The position numbers and the translations under genes are program-made. Of a DNA stretch of 64,000 nt, positions 24,971 through 37,845 are shown piece after piece. The notes below the pieces were generated by a model. The model worked only from the letters and a program-made list of their open reading frames with translations. It searched no databases and was not told the origin of the DNA. Source of the DNA: Eledone cirrhosa (lineage: Eukaryota); NCBI GenBank assembly GCA_964016885.1, contig OZ024744.1:57040001-57104000 (forward strand), written 5' to 3'. The first letter of the stretch is position 1. Every line of letters begins with the position of its first letter.

Positions 24971-25611
24971 GCACAAGTAGTCTTAGTTTAATGTTGCTTT
25001 GTTATGACATTGATGAGAAATAAAATAAAAGAACCAAATATTGTAAAAGAAAAATCCATAAAGGGCATTACATTCTTACGCTGTATTTATTTTATTTTGT
25101 ATTTCATTTTTTTGTAGCCTGTTTGTTTTTCAAGTCAGTAAAATAGACCCCCCGTTCCCTCAAAAAAACAAAACAAAAACAAAACAAATTTGATGATGAA
25201 TAAAGGTACTAATTATTCAACCTCTTCTATTTTTCTCAGTCATCACCTAAGATACAATCTTTACATATTTACTGTCTATTTCAAGGTGATGCAACTTGAA
25301 GTTACAACAATACAAAAACCACACCCATAAACGATGAAAAGTATAGTAAAGAATGAAATGATATTTAACATATACAAATTAATACACAAGATTCGTTTGA
25401 TCTTTATTAATCTTCTTGAAATTCTCATAAGTAACTCTTATTTTCTTTGATATACTGAGGGTAAAATGTTTCCTTTACGGTTTTCTGCCAGCAAGTTGCC
25501 TTTCCACTGGCATTTTAAATATAGTATTGAATGAAATTTATAATCAGCTGGGAGAATCATCATCATCATCATATGTCCATTTTCCACACTGGCAGGAAAA
25601 ATAAATATGTA

Positions 25612-25822
25612 TTAACCCTTTAGCATTTAAACCGGCCATATCCGGCCAAAATTCTCTCACCTCTTTCTGTTCAAACTGGCCATAACCAGCCACTCATATT
25701 GATGTTACGGCATTGTTCTGAAAATAAATATCAATCTCATAGATTCAATATTATGTGAGATAAAACCTTAACCATGAAAATATAATAGTAAATATAGAGT
25801 AATGTAAATGCTAATGGTTTAA
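25612..25822. mobile_element. piggyBac-type MITE family 1 (TTAA-CCCTTTAGCATTTA ... TAAATGCTAAAGGG-TTAA)
   Basis: TTAA flanks and CCC/GGG-type TIRs; further copies at 28683-28910, 61576-61792, 62940-63168 and 63780-63938. Confidence 0.85.
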
Positions 25823-25848
25823 AGCACCATGTCTCATTCATATATTTA

Positions 25849-26573
25849 CCATATATACTCGAATATAAGCCGGGGGAACCCCCTTCCCCCATATTATATC
25901 TGAGAAATGGGCAAAAATCCAAACCCTGCATATAAGTTGATGCAGCTAATTGACACATTGTTTAGATGGGGTGGTTTTGAAATTCTCATGAGTATAAAAT
26001 ATATTTATGAAGTTTTAATATTTTGATGTTTAAGATGTTTTAAGTGTTGTTTACAATATAGTTTTTGTTTCACAACTCCATTACATTAAGTTTCAACAAG
26101 TTTCTTGAATTTTTGTCTACTTCTGGCTACTCACATGTTAGGGGTACTTTGAAAGCAAGAGATCGAATAAGGGAACTCTGAATAGGAAGAGGTTGGGAAA
26201 GACAGCGACAGAGAGGAGAGGTAGTGAGAAAAGGAGAGGGCAAAACCAGAAGAGAGAGTAAGCAATAAAATCAGATTTCAATCTTGTGTAAGATTGAAAG
26301 AAAAAAAAAGAAAAACATGTTTGTGTATGTGTACGGGATATTTATGTATTAAAAAGTGAAAATTATAAAAAAAAATTGTTGGAAATATTTTCAAGGAATG
26401 CATAAATAACATCAATGACAATGTAAACGTAGAAAACTGTTTAGCACTTTATTTACGTAGAATTTGAAGTTGGTGAAAATAGGTAAAATATTGACCTCGA
26501 ATATAAGCTACCCCACCCCATTTTACCACCTTTTTCATCACATATTTCTCAGCTTATATTCAAGTATGTATGG
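25849..26573. mobile_element. Non-autonomous Tc1/mariner/pogo-type element (TA TSD), copy 2
   Basis: TA-CCATATATACTCGAATATAAGCC ... GCTTATATTCAAGTATGTATGG-TA; internal 26010-26085 is the reverse complement of 6483-6560. Confidence 0.75.
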
Positions 26574-26876
26574 TAATTTTTTAATGTTTTCTATGTCTAA
26601 TTGGCTTTCCTAATACCGAGTGAACTGAATGCTTGTCATCATTGCACCAGCACTAGTGAGGTTGTCATGTCCTTGATACAATTAAAGTCCTCTCTACCAT
26701 ATATCGTTTCCATTTCATCATCAACCATTTACAGTCTACTAGGTGTACCAGCTGTAGAAACCAAGATAGAAACAGTTCTATATGAGCAATACACGACCAC
26801 CTGACCAGACTTACCATAAATGGGACAACCTGTCTAACCCATGCTAGTGAAGAAATGGTGGTAGTGGTGGTGGTGG

Positions 26877-26914
<38 letters not shown>

Positions 26915-27001
26915 GTAATGTATACATGTGTGTGTCTGTAAATGTATATATGTATAATATGTGTGTGTGTGTGCATTTATGTATATTTATGTGTATATAT
27001 G

Positions 27002-27033
<32 letters not shown>

Positions 27034-27147
27034 ATACTAAGCTATGAGACATTAAAACAAAAATACATTCAAATTTATTTTCAAACAGTAAATAAATATT
27101 TTCTGTGTTACATAAATTCTGGATTCTGGATGATTATATTTTGACAG

Positions 27148-27285
27148 TTTGGAAAAGTAGTGCATAAACCTGACACAGTAACAAATTCTCCTGAAAATAA
27201 TGGTCACAGTAATCCTAATTGTGTAACAGAAGAAGAAGGAGATGTGGTAGCCAGTTTAGACAAATTAGAATCAGAAGTTCAAGCG
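27148..27285 (+). CDS. PPP2R5D: PP2A B56 variable linker exon: FGKVVHKPDTVTNSPENNGHSNPNCVTEEEGDVVASLDKLESEVQA
   Basis: gacag/ and /gtaagt; 138 nt open, phase 0-0, joining the flanking exons in frame; the peptide itself is poorly conserved. Confidence 0.85.
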
Positions 27286-28395
27286 GTAAGTACAATAATC
27301 TAGCCTCTTCTGTTGTCTTGTATATTTTTTCCTGCTCATAAGTATTTTCATTAAAGCAGTATTTTTTAGTTGAAATTTTTAGAAATTGCGTGAAAAATTA
27401 TGAAGAGTTCTCATCATCCTGTTCAGTAAGAATTTCTGTTTAGTTTTAGTTCATATTTTTTTCTTTTTTAAATTCATTTGTTCATTTTAGGTTCTTTTTT
27501 AATGGGTGTTGGTATTTGAAGAGATTTAAAAAAACTATTATGGTTAAATAATATATTGTTATGGTCATTTTGAGAGTATTGCTAATTTTGAAATTTACAA
27601 ATAAAAATAGTAACAGATGTATAGTTTTGGTAATCATTTTTTTACTTTAAATAGGGCAGTGGACAAAATGCTTTGTAGTATTTAGCTATGGCCCTTTATG
27701 TTCTGAGTTTAGATTCTGTTGATGTCATATTTGCCTACCTAGCATCTTTTGGGGGTGAATAAAATGAAGTACTGGTCAGGAACTGGGCCCTAATATGTCT
27801 GGAATCATTGTTCTTGAAAACTTCCTTGAAAGGTTTTCTCTAAGCAACTTCGACTTACTGGATCATCTGTTAGTTTCTGTGATATATTGGGAGAATGGAG
27901 TTTCATTTTGTTGTATAATGTTTGATATAAATATGTAGGCCTGTGATCTTGTAAGCTGCTAGTACAATAGTTAAGGCATCATTCCACAATTTTACAAATG
28001 AAAAAGATTGATGAAAACCTTGAACATAACTTTGTTATAACAAGACCTTTCATAATACTGTGAACAATATTAAAACTAATATTGACCTATGAAGATGATT
28101 GGATACTGATGTCATTGCTCTATAAGTGTTTCTGATAAATCCTTGACGGTTATCTGAACTTTTTTAGGTCAACCAAATATAGCCGACTTTTTCCACCTTT
28201 GAATCCACTAATCTAATATTTTGCAGTTGTATATGAAGGAGCGTCATCATCTATGGATGTTAGTTGAGTTCTTCAGTACCAAAATACTTGACGCTTTCAT
28301 ACATTAGTTAAAACATTTAAGTGTTAAGATTTCATTTATTACATTGCTATCATATCATTACATATACATTAAAACCCAATTTTTGTTATGCTTAA

Positions 28396-28482
<87 letters not shown>

Positions 28483-28682
28483 AAAATACAAATTTGGGAT
28501 ATCATTTCAATTGTATGTCTGAACCAAGCATGTATCACTTGAGTTATTTAATAGTTTCATAAATATATCCAATTCAAATATATTTTAGCATTTGCTAAAT
28601 ATCAAGTTAGAAAATATTTTGTTTTTTAGGCATTTTTTATTAAATATTTGTCTATAACATATATAGTTATAATAATATTAGT

Positions 28683-28910
28683 TTAACCCTTTAATGTTCA
28701 AACCGGCCAAAATCGGCCAGAATTCTCTACCTTTTTCTGTTGAAACTGGCTGTAACTGGTCATTCAAACTGATGTTAAGGTATTGTTCTCAAACTAAATA
28801 CTTTCAAAATCTCATAGATTCGATATTATGTGAGATAATTATGCGAGATAAAGCCTTTACCATGAAAATATAATAGTATATATAGAGTAATGTGAATTCT
28901 AAAGGGTTAA
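28683..28910. mobile_element. piggyBac-type MITE family 1 copy
   Basis: TTAACCCTTTA ... TAAAGGGTTAA termini. Confidence 0.88.
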
Positions 28911-29096
28911 ACATTTAAGTGTGAAGCTTTCGTGTATTACTTCGATAATAAATGACGAAAGTTAGATGTAAAAAATTAGGTGTATGTCTATGAGTGTGTA
29001 TACACTCAAATATACATTGAAAGATTGTAAAAATAATAGATAACAGTATACACACATTTCCTTTTTTTTTCTTTTCTTTTTAATCTGCCACTCTAG

Positions 29097-29105
29097 GATT
29101 TATGA
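29097..29105 (+). CDS. Candidate alternative terminal coding exon (DL*)
   Basis: Long pyrimidine tract 29057-29081 and ctctag/ acceptor; GAT TTA TGA in phase 0; U-rich downstream sequence; AATAAA at 29649. Confidence 0.45.
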   Translation, partial: DL

Positions 29106-30502
29106 ACAAAAGGCTTGTATATTTGCCTATTTCCTTGGTTTCAATTTTCTTTCTTATTTCATTATTTGTTAGGGTTGGTTTCTGCGGCTTGTTGGATTTA
29201 TTAGTTTTTTTTTTTTGTTTTTGTTTTAAATCCATTTATTTAATTGCAGATGTTTTTTTTTTTTCTGGGTTGTTTCATTGTTGTTAATTTTGTTAAGTAT
29301 TTATTTGTATTTTTCTAGTTCTTTTTATTTTTTGTTGCTAACAAAGTTATCATCATTTATCTTGTCATTTATACTAACTATTAATTATCAAAAAAAAAAA
29401 AAAGCAAAAAAAAAGCATTGTGAATTATATTTTGAAGCAGTACATTTTTTGTTACTGAAAAATTATATTTCAACTATTTTTGTTTACAATCAAACCAAAC
29501 AAAGCTATTGAAATGTTTTTATTCCTATATTCTGTATCTACAATCTTTATTAGCTTAGTGAAACCAGCTTCCTACTGGGTTACAATATCTCGGTGTTATC
29601 TTCAGTTCCTCTAGAGATGTCACTGATGTTTTCATTGGTTCCCATAACAATAAAATGAGAAAAATAAGACCTCAACCATCACATATCAATTGATTTTTAT
29701 TACTAGTACAATGCCTGTGAAAAATAACTGGGTTTATTTCTGCTTCATTTCAGTAATTCTGAATGTATTTTGCTTCAAGCCTTGCTCCATTTTCTTTTTT
29801 TTTTTTTTTTTTTTTTCAGTATATATTATTTTTATATTTCCTCTAGTTTTATTTTTACTGACTTACTCAGGTGCTTGAACCCCACCCCCCATCCACACCA
29901 GGGACATAGACCAGTTTTCCTCCACTTGTCTGGGGCCTTCACCAATTGCCTCCAGCCTCATCTTGCATAATCAGATAAGCCAAGCTGCTACATACTTTTA
30001 AGCAAATTTATTCCAGCATATTACGACCATTTTGGTTGGCAATGCTGTGTAACTAACTATGGCTATACTAAACTACTAAGTCTTATAGAATCCATAGCAT
30101 ATGTACTATAGGTTACACCCTCAGGAGTTCCCTTAACTTTCTCTTCCTTAAGTGTAGCAGAATGTGGGAAACCAACCAATAAAAATACTTGACACAACTT
30201 AGCATTTAAAAGATATGATTGCAGTATGCAAGGACCTGTATACAATGTATAATAAACACACATATAGGTTTCACTGTATCTCGAGTGAAATACCCATGGG
30301 TGTTTGCTGCATTAAAAACTAAACCCAAGCATCCACCCATCTTAGACCTCTTCATAGAGATTTATTACAAAAAGTATTGATTGATTTGACTTCAGATTAT
30401 TTTGTTGTTGTTTTTCCTATAGTCACAGACAAACTGATTAGACATATAATCAAAGCTATTCCATACTTGAAAAGGAAATTAAAATCAGAAGGAATATAGA
30501 GA

Positions 30503-30571
<69 letters not shown>

Positions 30572-31539
30572 TATATATATATATATGTTTTTCCATGCCG
30601 GCATATGTTGTCTAAGTCATTACAAACCAACTTCGTACTTAATTATAGCTATTATCCTCTAGACAGGTTAGGGGAACCATGTTTCGTTCAATACATTCCA
30701 TTTTGGCAAGTTTCTGCTACAACTGGATGTCCTTCTTAGTACCAATTACTGTACTCTGTGTACTTCATGCATTTTATTGTGGCTCCAGCACTAGAGAGGT
30801 TGTCATATCCTTGATGTGACTGAAGAATCTTCTCTTCCCCCTTTTTGGTATAGTTTCTACAACTGGATGCCCTTATTTATAGTGTATTGAGTGAATTTTA
30901 TTGTGGTCCCTGCACTAGAAAGATTGTCAGGTACTTGATGTGACTAAGAAATCCCCTCTCTCTCTCCCAGTTGGATCCCCTTTCTAACACTACATTGGTA
31001 CCATGTCAATGCCAATAACTTCACACAGCATACCAACTGAATGTTATGGTAATGCCAACACTAAAGAGGCCACGTTGTTCCACGACATGTGTAATCAAAA
31101 CCGAGGATGTGGTGGTTAAAAGGAACAGATATATGGTTAGGAGTGTAGTGGTATTGTGAGGAAAACTGGGATGGTATAGAAGGTATTAATGGAGGGACCA
31201 ATTGTCATCGGGACGTATGTCATTGGCTGCATGTAGTAGGTTCACTAGACAACACTCAGAGAAGCATGGCATCAGTAGTTCATTGTTCTGGTTCAGACAA
31301 ACTGCACCTCATTTAAACTATTCTCTACAGGATTAATTGCTCTCACTATATATATATATATAGAAATCTGACACTTTCATGACTCTACTATATCAATTTC
31401 ATTCCTTTGATGCTGTTCAGTCTTTGCCATGCACCTTACCCCCAAAATATTGAGTTTGTCCTTTGTAGTATACTTAGTATACTTATTATTTAGTAATTTC
31501 TGTTAGAAAAGCATCTAGTCCACATGTAAATGTGGTTAC

Positions 31540-31900
31540 CATGAGGAAGGACATCCAGCCATAAAATCCATGCCAGAAACAGTTCTGTATGAGCAAGACA
31601 TGGTCATCTGATCTAGCTTGTCTCACAGGATAACTCATGTAACCCATGCTAGTATGGAAAAATGGATGTTAAATGCTGATGGTGTAGGAAGGCAGATGAT
31701 TAGCTAATTAGGAGCTATTTCTGTAATCCAGTATTCTGTAATGATCATCACCATTTAACATCCATTTTCCCATGCTAGCATGGGTTAAATGAGTTGTCCT
31801 GTTGTGAGAAATACCAGGTCAGGTGACCATGCTTTGCTCATACAGAATTGCTTTTTGTTTGGTTTCTACAGTTAGATGCCCTTCCCAACGCCAACCATAT
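31540..31900. mobile_element. Tail-to-tail pair of SINE-like elements carrying an RTE-type 3' tail
   Basis: AGGAAGGACATCCAGC...CCCATGCTAGTATGGAAAAATGGATGTTAAATG on +, followed by its reverse complement from 31745. Confidence 0.8.
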
Positions 31901-32086
31901 TTAGTGTGTGGTGGGTGCTTTTTGTCATGACACCTACACGACTACTTTACAGTGTAGGCTAGGGTGCTTTTTGTCGTGACACCTACACAATCACTTTACA
32001 GTGTAGGATGGGTCCTTTTTGTTGTGACACCTACATGACCACTTTATAGTGTGGGCTGGATGCTTTTTGTTGTGCCTACACAACCA

Positions 32087-32152
<66 letters not shown>

Positions 32153-33599
32153 TGTAGATAGACAGTCGATCGACTTTTGTCAAATTGGACCGAGGAAACA
32201 ATGTTTCCATTGGTCTTTCCAATTGCTTATACTATCTATCGGTCGCAACTCCAGGTAGGAGTAACATGAAATAAAGTCTTGCTCAAGGACATAATACATC
32301 ACCCATTCTGGGAATCAAACTCACAACCTCACGATTGTGAATCCAATTCTCTAACAACTTAGCCACGCACCTTCAACACCGTTTAACATCCATTTTTTAT
32401 ACTAGCATGGGTTAGATGAGTTGTCCCATTGTGAGACCAATAAGATCAGATGATTGTTTCTTGCTCATGCAGTACTGTTTCTGGCTTGGTTTCTATAGCT
32501 AGATGGCTTTCTTAATGGCAACCACATTTACATTGTGGATCTGGTGCTTTTCATTGTGGCAGCAAAACGACCAACTGACAGGTTGGAAAGGGTGCTTTTT
32601 GTTGAGTCGCTAACACAACCACTTCAGGGTGGACTTGGAACTTTTCACCATGTTACCAACATGACCATTTTACATGGTGAACTAGGTGCTTTTTGTCGTG
32701 TCACCACATGGCTACTTTACAGAGTGGACTGGGTGCTTTTTGTTGTCACCAACATGGCCACCTTACCTGTTGGATTGGGAGGTTTTAGTGATTTCAGCAG
32801 CATAGGAAGGATGGGGGTGTCCAGTTTTCCATCCTTATATACATGAGTTTGAGAAGTGGATCAGATGTGGAAAGTGGGTGTGACCATGATGTAGGATGGG
32901 CATTGGAGAGGTAGGTCTAAGTTTGGGGTACTTAGCTGATGAAGAGTTGGAGTGGATATATATGTTAAGTTTGTAACTACATCCTCTTAGGAGGTCCATC
33001 TTATGTTGGGTTGTATGCCAGAGTTAAGGTGGCTGTAGTGTGCAGAGTGTAAATAAAAGTAAGTAGGATCAAAATCACTGTTGCAGCATATATAACAACT
33101 TTATTGGCATATTACAATTGTTTCAATATCAATCAACACAGGGTACAATTATAATGACCAGTTTGGATGTGCTTTTGCACATATAAACTCACATATCTGC
33201 TAAGATATCGAGGAAGAATTGGGCCCTGGTCATGTATCATCATTGTTGTTTTAACATCCGCTTTCTCTGCTAGCAAGGGTTGAATGGGTCCATATAGACG
33301 ATGTCAGAACTGAAGTGGAGCCACTGATCTCCCAGGCAACCAGAGACATGTGCACTTAGGAATGGTCCACATTTTGTTATAGTGCCCAGGAGAGGTTGTC
33401 ATATCCTTGACACAACTGTTGGGTCCGCCCAACCTGTTGTTTGCTTGGTAAGCTTTCCATGACTGGAAGCCCCTCCTATCACCAACCACTTCATGGGGGA
33501 GGGGGGATTGCAGCTGCCAGGAATGTGTGTGTTGGGGGTTGAAGTAGTGAAATTGAGAATAACTGTAAAGGAGTGTTAGTGTAAGGGAAGAGTGTAGGT

Positions 33600-35560
33600 C
33601 AGGTCACATTGTAAGCTCTCAGGTTGGGTCTTCTTCAGTACTGCATAACACCAGCCCTCGTGATCTTTAGTCATTTCTGATGTAAGGTTTAACTTTCTAA
33701 GGTCATTCTTTGCAGTGTTTTCTGCCTCTTCCACAGGTCCCAGCAACTGGGCTTTCTCTGCATTTTTTTATGCAGCTGTTATCTTCCATGTGCATCACAT
33801 GTCCATACTAATGCAGTCTTCTCTCTTGCAGACTACATCCAATTCCTCTTATGCCAAGTTTTTCCCTCAGTTTGCTTATGCAATGTCACTCATGCACACT
33901 AACATTACACATCCATTGGTACATACTCAACTCATTTCTTTCTTGCCTCTGCAGGTCATCTGCAATCAAGGTCCATGTTTCACTGTCATGTAACATTGTG
34001 GTTGCACACAGGCTTCATACTGTCTGCCCTTCACTCTGAGAGAAAAGCATTTTGTTGTTATTCAGTGTTGGCTTGAAGTACGATGATAAATAGAAGTGGA
34101 CTGACGACTGATTCCTGGTTGACTTCCACCTGCACTTCAAATTCATCCCTGTACTCATTTCTAACCCTGTTTGCTGGTTGCTCCTCTATACATAGCCTGC
34201 ATGGCCCTCACAAGCCATTTGTCACCTTGCTTCCTAAGTGCCCTCCAGATTACAAAGTGTGGCCCGTTGTTAAAGGCCTTCTCCAAATCCACAAATGCTA
34301 GATACAGTGGCTTACTCTTAGCTAAATACCTCTCCTTTAGTTGTCTCACCAGGTCTTCCTACACCATAGCTTCCATCAACTTTGAATGCTCTGCACCTTT
34401 TTATACAGCTGTCATCCTTCATATGCATCACATGTCCATACCTGCACATTCTCCTCTTCTGTACACTATACTTAGTGGATCAGAAAAGTTCCAGGACTGA
34501 TGTCACAAAAGATTTATTTCAAACCCAAACTTCACACTAAGAGTTTTCTCCTTCAAAGTAATCCCCCTAGAGTCTAATGCAATTTTCAATCCTTTTCTGC
34601 CACGCTTGCATGCACTCTTGGAAGGATTCTTCCAGGATCCTCCGCAGTTCCGTCGTCACAGCCTTTTTGATGTTGTCCACGTCTTCAAAACGGATCCCCT
34701 CCGGGTCGTACTCGAAGATACATGACTCATCACCAGTGATGACTGTCCCTTGCAAGTCTGGTTTGGTTTCAAGACGCTCGAGGATGTCCTGGCACACTTG
34801 CATGCGTCGATTCTTCTGGTCATCGTTCAGCAGTTTTGGCCCCATCTTCGCGCAGACTTTCCGCATGTCCAAATCTTCAGTGAGGATCTTCCAGACGCTG
34901 TCCCGATTCATGCCCAGCTCATTTGCCATCAGTCGAACAGTCAGCCGATGATTGCTATGCACCATCTGCCTGACGCGCTCAACGTTGACCTCAGTCCTGG
35001 TTGTTGAGGGCCTTCCGCTCCTGGGGTCATCTTCCACGTCCTCGTGTCCTTCTTTAAACCTCTTGCACCACTCAAAAACACGTGAGCGTGACATCGTCTC
35101 ATCTCCATACACTTGCTGCAGCAATCGCAGTGCTTCTGATGGAGTTTTCAAGTTTGTTCGTTGCTCTGTGCTCACTGCTTGTCGACCTGAAACAGAGGAC
35201 ATGTATATAAAATTATGAAGAAAGTTTGATCGCTGCAGAGAGATAATATTACAGTTACATACTCCAGGGGGATTACTTTGAAGGAGAAAACTCTTTGTGT
35301 GAAGTTTGGTTTTGAAATAAATCTTTTGTGACATCAGTCCTGGAACTTTTCTGACATACCTCGTATCTCATTCCACTTATGCCCAGTTTCTCTCTGTTCA
35401 TTTATGATTTGCTGTTCATATATATTACTATTACATATTCATTGGAGCATAGAACCTTCATCTTTCCAATATACATAGATCTTCTGCACACAGCACCCAG
35501 GTCTCACTACTTTGCAGCATTTCTCTTCACATACATGCATCATATTGTAGCTAGCAGCGG
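33600..35560 (-). mobile_element. Decayed RTE fragments, host of the mariner insertion
   Basis: Minus strand RQLKERYLAKSKPLYLAFVDLEKAF, plus two remnants of the 3' region. Confidence 0.8.
34471..35363 (-). mobile_element. Internally deleted mariner (DD34D-type) with 103-bp TIRs and TA TSD
   Basis: TA at 34469-70 and 35364-65; 34471-34573 mirrors 35261-35363; ORF carries VYGDETMSRSRVFEW, DDPRSGRPS, ITGDES and RFEDV. Confidence 0.95.
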
Positions 35561-35629
35561 TAGTAGCTCCTTGAACTGTAATGGGTCCATTACAGTTCAT
35601 GGTGGCTCTCTCAAACATGACCTCTGTAA

Positions 35630-36540
35630 TACGGACAACCTCCCTCACAAACTCTGCTAATGACACGAAAGTGGCACAGGCTATCAAGAAACTGGCTGAT
35701 GCTACTCTCTTACAAGATTTAGATGCCGTATACGAATGGGCTGCAGACAACAATATGCAATTTAATGCAGGTATGTTTCAAACATCCCGCTATTAATCCA
35801 GTGTTAAAATCAATACAGGACCTGAGTATTGACATAAGCAATGATGCACCGTTTCACGCACACATCACCAAAATGACGGCAAGGTGCTGACGACTGGCAG
35901 TTTGGATTCTGAGGGTTTTTAGAACAAGATACATGGAAACCATTCTGGTGCTCTGGAGGACTTTCATCCTCAGCTGTGGTTGCCCCACGGTGTCAAACAA
36001 ACTGTAGAACCTGAAGCAATTGAACGGAGCTACACCAAGAGGATTGCCTCAATGAAAGAGATGAGCAACTGGGAGAGGCAGAAGAAACTAAAGCTTCACT
36101 ACCTGGAGCGAAAGAATGAGAGATACGCAGTGGTATACGAATGGAAGATCCTGAAAGGGTTAGCACCAAACTTTGGCATTGAAAACAGGACCAGCCCACG
36201 AACAGGACCCCACTGAGTACTGCCAAAGGACCCATCCGTCGCATCAAGAATAAGGACCACATACTGCAATAGCCTGGGGTTCAAAGGACCTCAGCTTTTT
36301 AATAAGCTACCAAAAAATCTGAGAGATTTACATGGTGGGCATGTAGATGTTTTTGAAGAGACATCTTGACATGCTACTGACCAATAATGAACTCACAGCA
36401 CGGGGCGAAGCGCAGATAAGAGAGCAGCAGCAACAAATCCCTTTTGTATCAATGGCCAACCAGGGAAGGCTGGCTATAGAAAAAGTAGCTTTGGTGGGGG
36501 GTGCCCCAGCATGGCCTCAGTCCCTCAGCTGGAACACATA
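35630..36540 (+). mobile_element. Decayed CR1/L2-type LINE 3' part (older family)
   Basis: ANDTK...LQDLDAVYEWA.DNNMQFN and IERSYTKRI..M...WER.K.L.L..LERK.ERY remnants. Confidence 0.75.
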
Positions 36541-36769
36541 ATAGAATAAAAGTATGTATACATGTGTGTGTGTGTATGTATGTTTTATAATTTTATAAAT
36601 TTTCATTGAGAGAGAGAGAGTGTGTGTCTCATTGGAATTTACACACCATCAACTAGGTAGATATGTATGCATGTCTGCATGTGTAGATATGGATGTCATT
36701 GTATGTGTGGATGTTTTGAGTTATGTGTGCATGTTCATATGCTTTGTATACATGTGTATATGCAGTTAT

Positions 36770-37278
36770 TAGATGCAGAATATTTGGAATGTTTTACATA
36801 TTTTTACTGTTCCATTAATGGATTGTACTTGTAATTTCCTAACTAGTTGTGTTCTTTCTGTTCCTGTGAAGCCTAGCTTCTCAAGATTTGTAGTGAGGCA
36901 GTTACTAACATATCCCAGTGCTCCAATAATCACAGGCATAAATCTGAAAGTCAGGGTGGAGTATCTGCAGATTTCTCATTAGTTCTGCATAGATATTCTC
37001 CTTTTCGCTAATTTTTTATAATATATTAGCATCTGCTGGACATGCCTTCATTTATGGTCTGTTAAGCTTGCATTTTATTGGAGTTTTTGACTGGAACATT
37101 CCACCAGTACTTTTTCATATTATGTATGTGTATATCTTCCACATTATTGTAGCTTTTAATGTGTTTATTATCAGGGCTATCTTTTCTACGGATTGCATTA
37201 TATAGTGTTTTGGCTACTACATCATGCCTCATAGGTAGATAGTACCGTGATGACATCTTTGGACAGCTGCTTATGTGT
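36770..37278 (-). mobile_element. Restriction-like-endonuclease (R4/Dong-like) non-LTR 3' fragment
   Basis: Minus strand HISSCPKMSSRYYLPMRHDVVAK, KENIYAEL and PVIIGALG, typical of the CCHC-RLE C-terminus. Confidence 0.75.
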
Positions 37279-37297
37279 GTGTATGTATATATGTTTG

Positions 37298-37845
37298 AGC
37301 ACTTTCACCAGAAATGTCTAAGGCTCATATTTAACATCAAGTGGCAAGACAAAACTCCTGATATACATGTCCTTATCAAAGCATTGAGTCTCTAGTAACA
37401 TCTCAAATGTGCTGGATAGGACATATCATTCTCATGAAAGAAAGCAGGATCCTGAAGCAATTGTTTTACGGTGAGCTTCATCTTGGAAAAAAACCTCAAC
37501 ACAAACAGAAAATGATACAAGGACAGCATCAAGAACAACTTCAAAGAGCTGGCATTTGATAGAGACAACTGGGAGGAGATAGCTCTAAATAGGGCTGAGT
37601 AGAGAAAGTACCAAAAGGGCAGTTTTGAGGAATGTCGTCTAAAACATAAACAACTGAAGCATCAGCTCCAGAAGAGTTGTGTTCACAGTCTTGTGAAGTC
37701 ATCACTAGTTGGACATGCAATTTCTGTCAGTGTGTACTCCTCTCAAAGTCTGGTTATGTTGATCACCTGAAGTCCTGGACATAGATAGGATGACAATGAA
37801 GAATCAATAAGACAGCAATTGTCTGTGAAGATGCTGTAATCCTCA
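37298..37845 (+). mobile_element. Decayed RTE/BovB-like 3' fragment
   Basis: FHQKCLR.I.NIKWQDKTPD..VL and YKDSIKNN..NWEEIALNR remnants. Confidence 0.7.
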
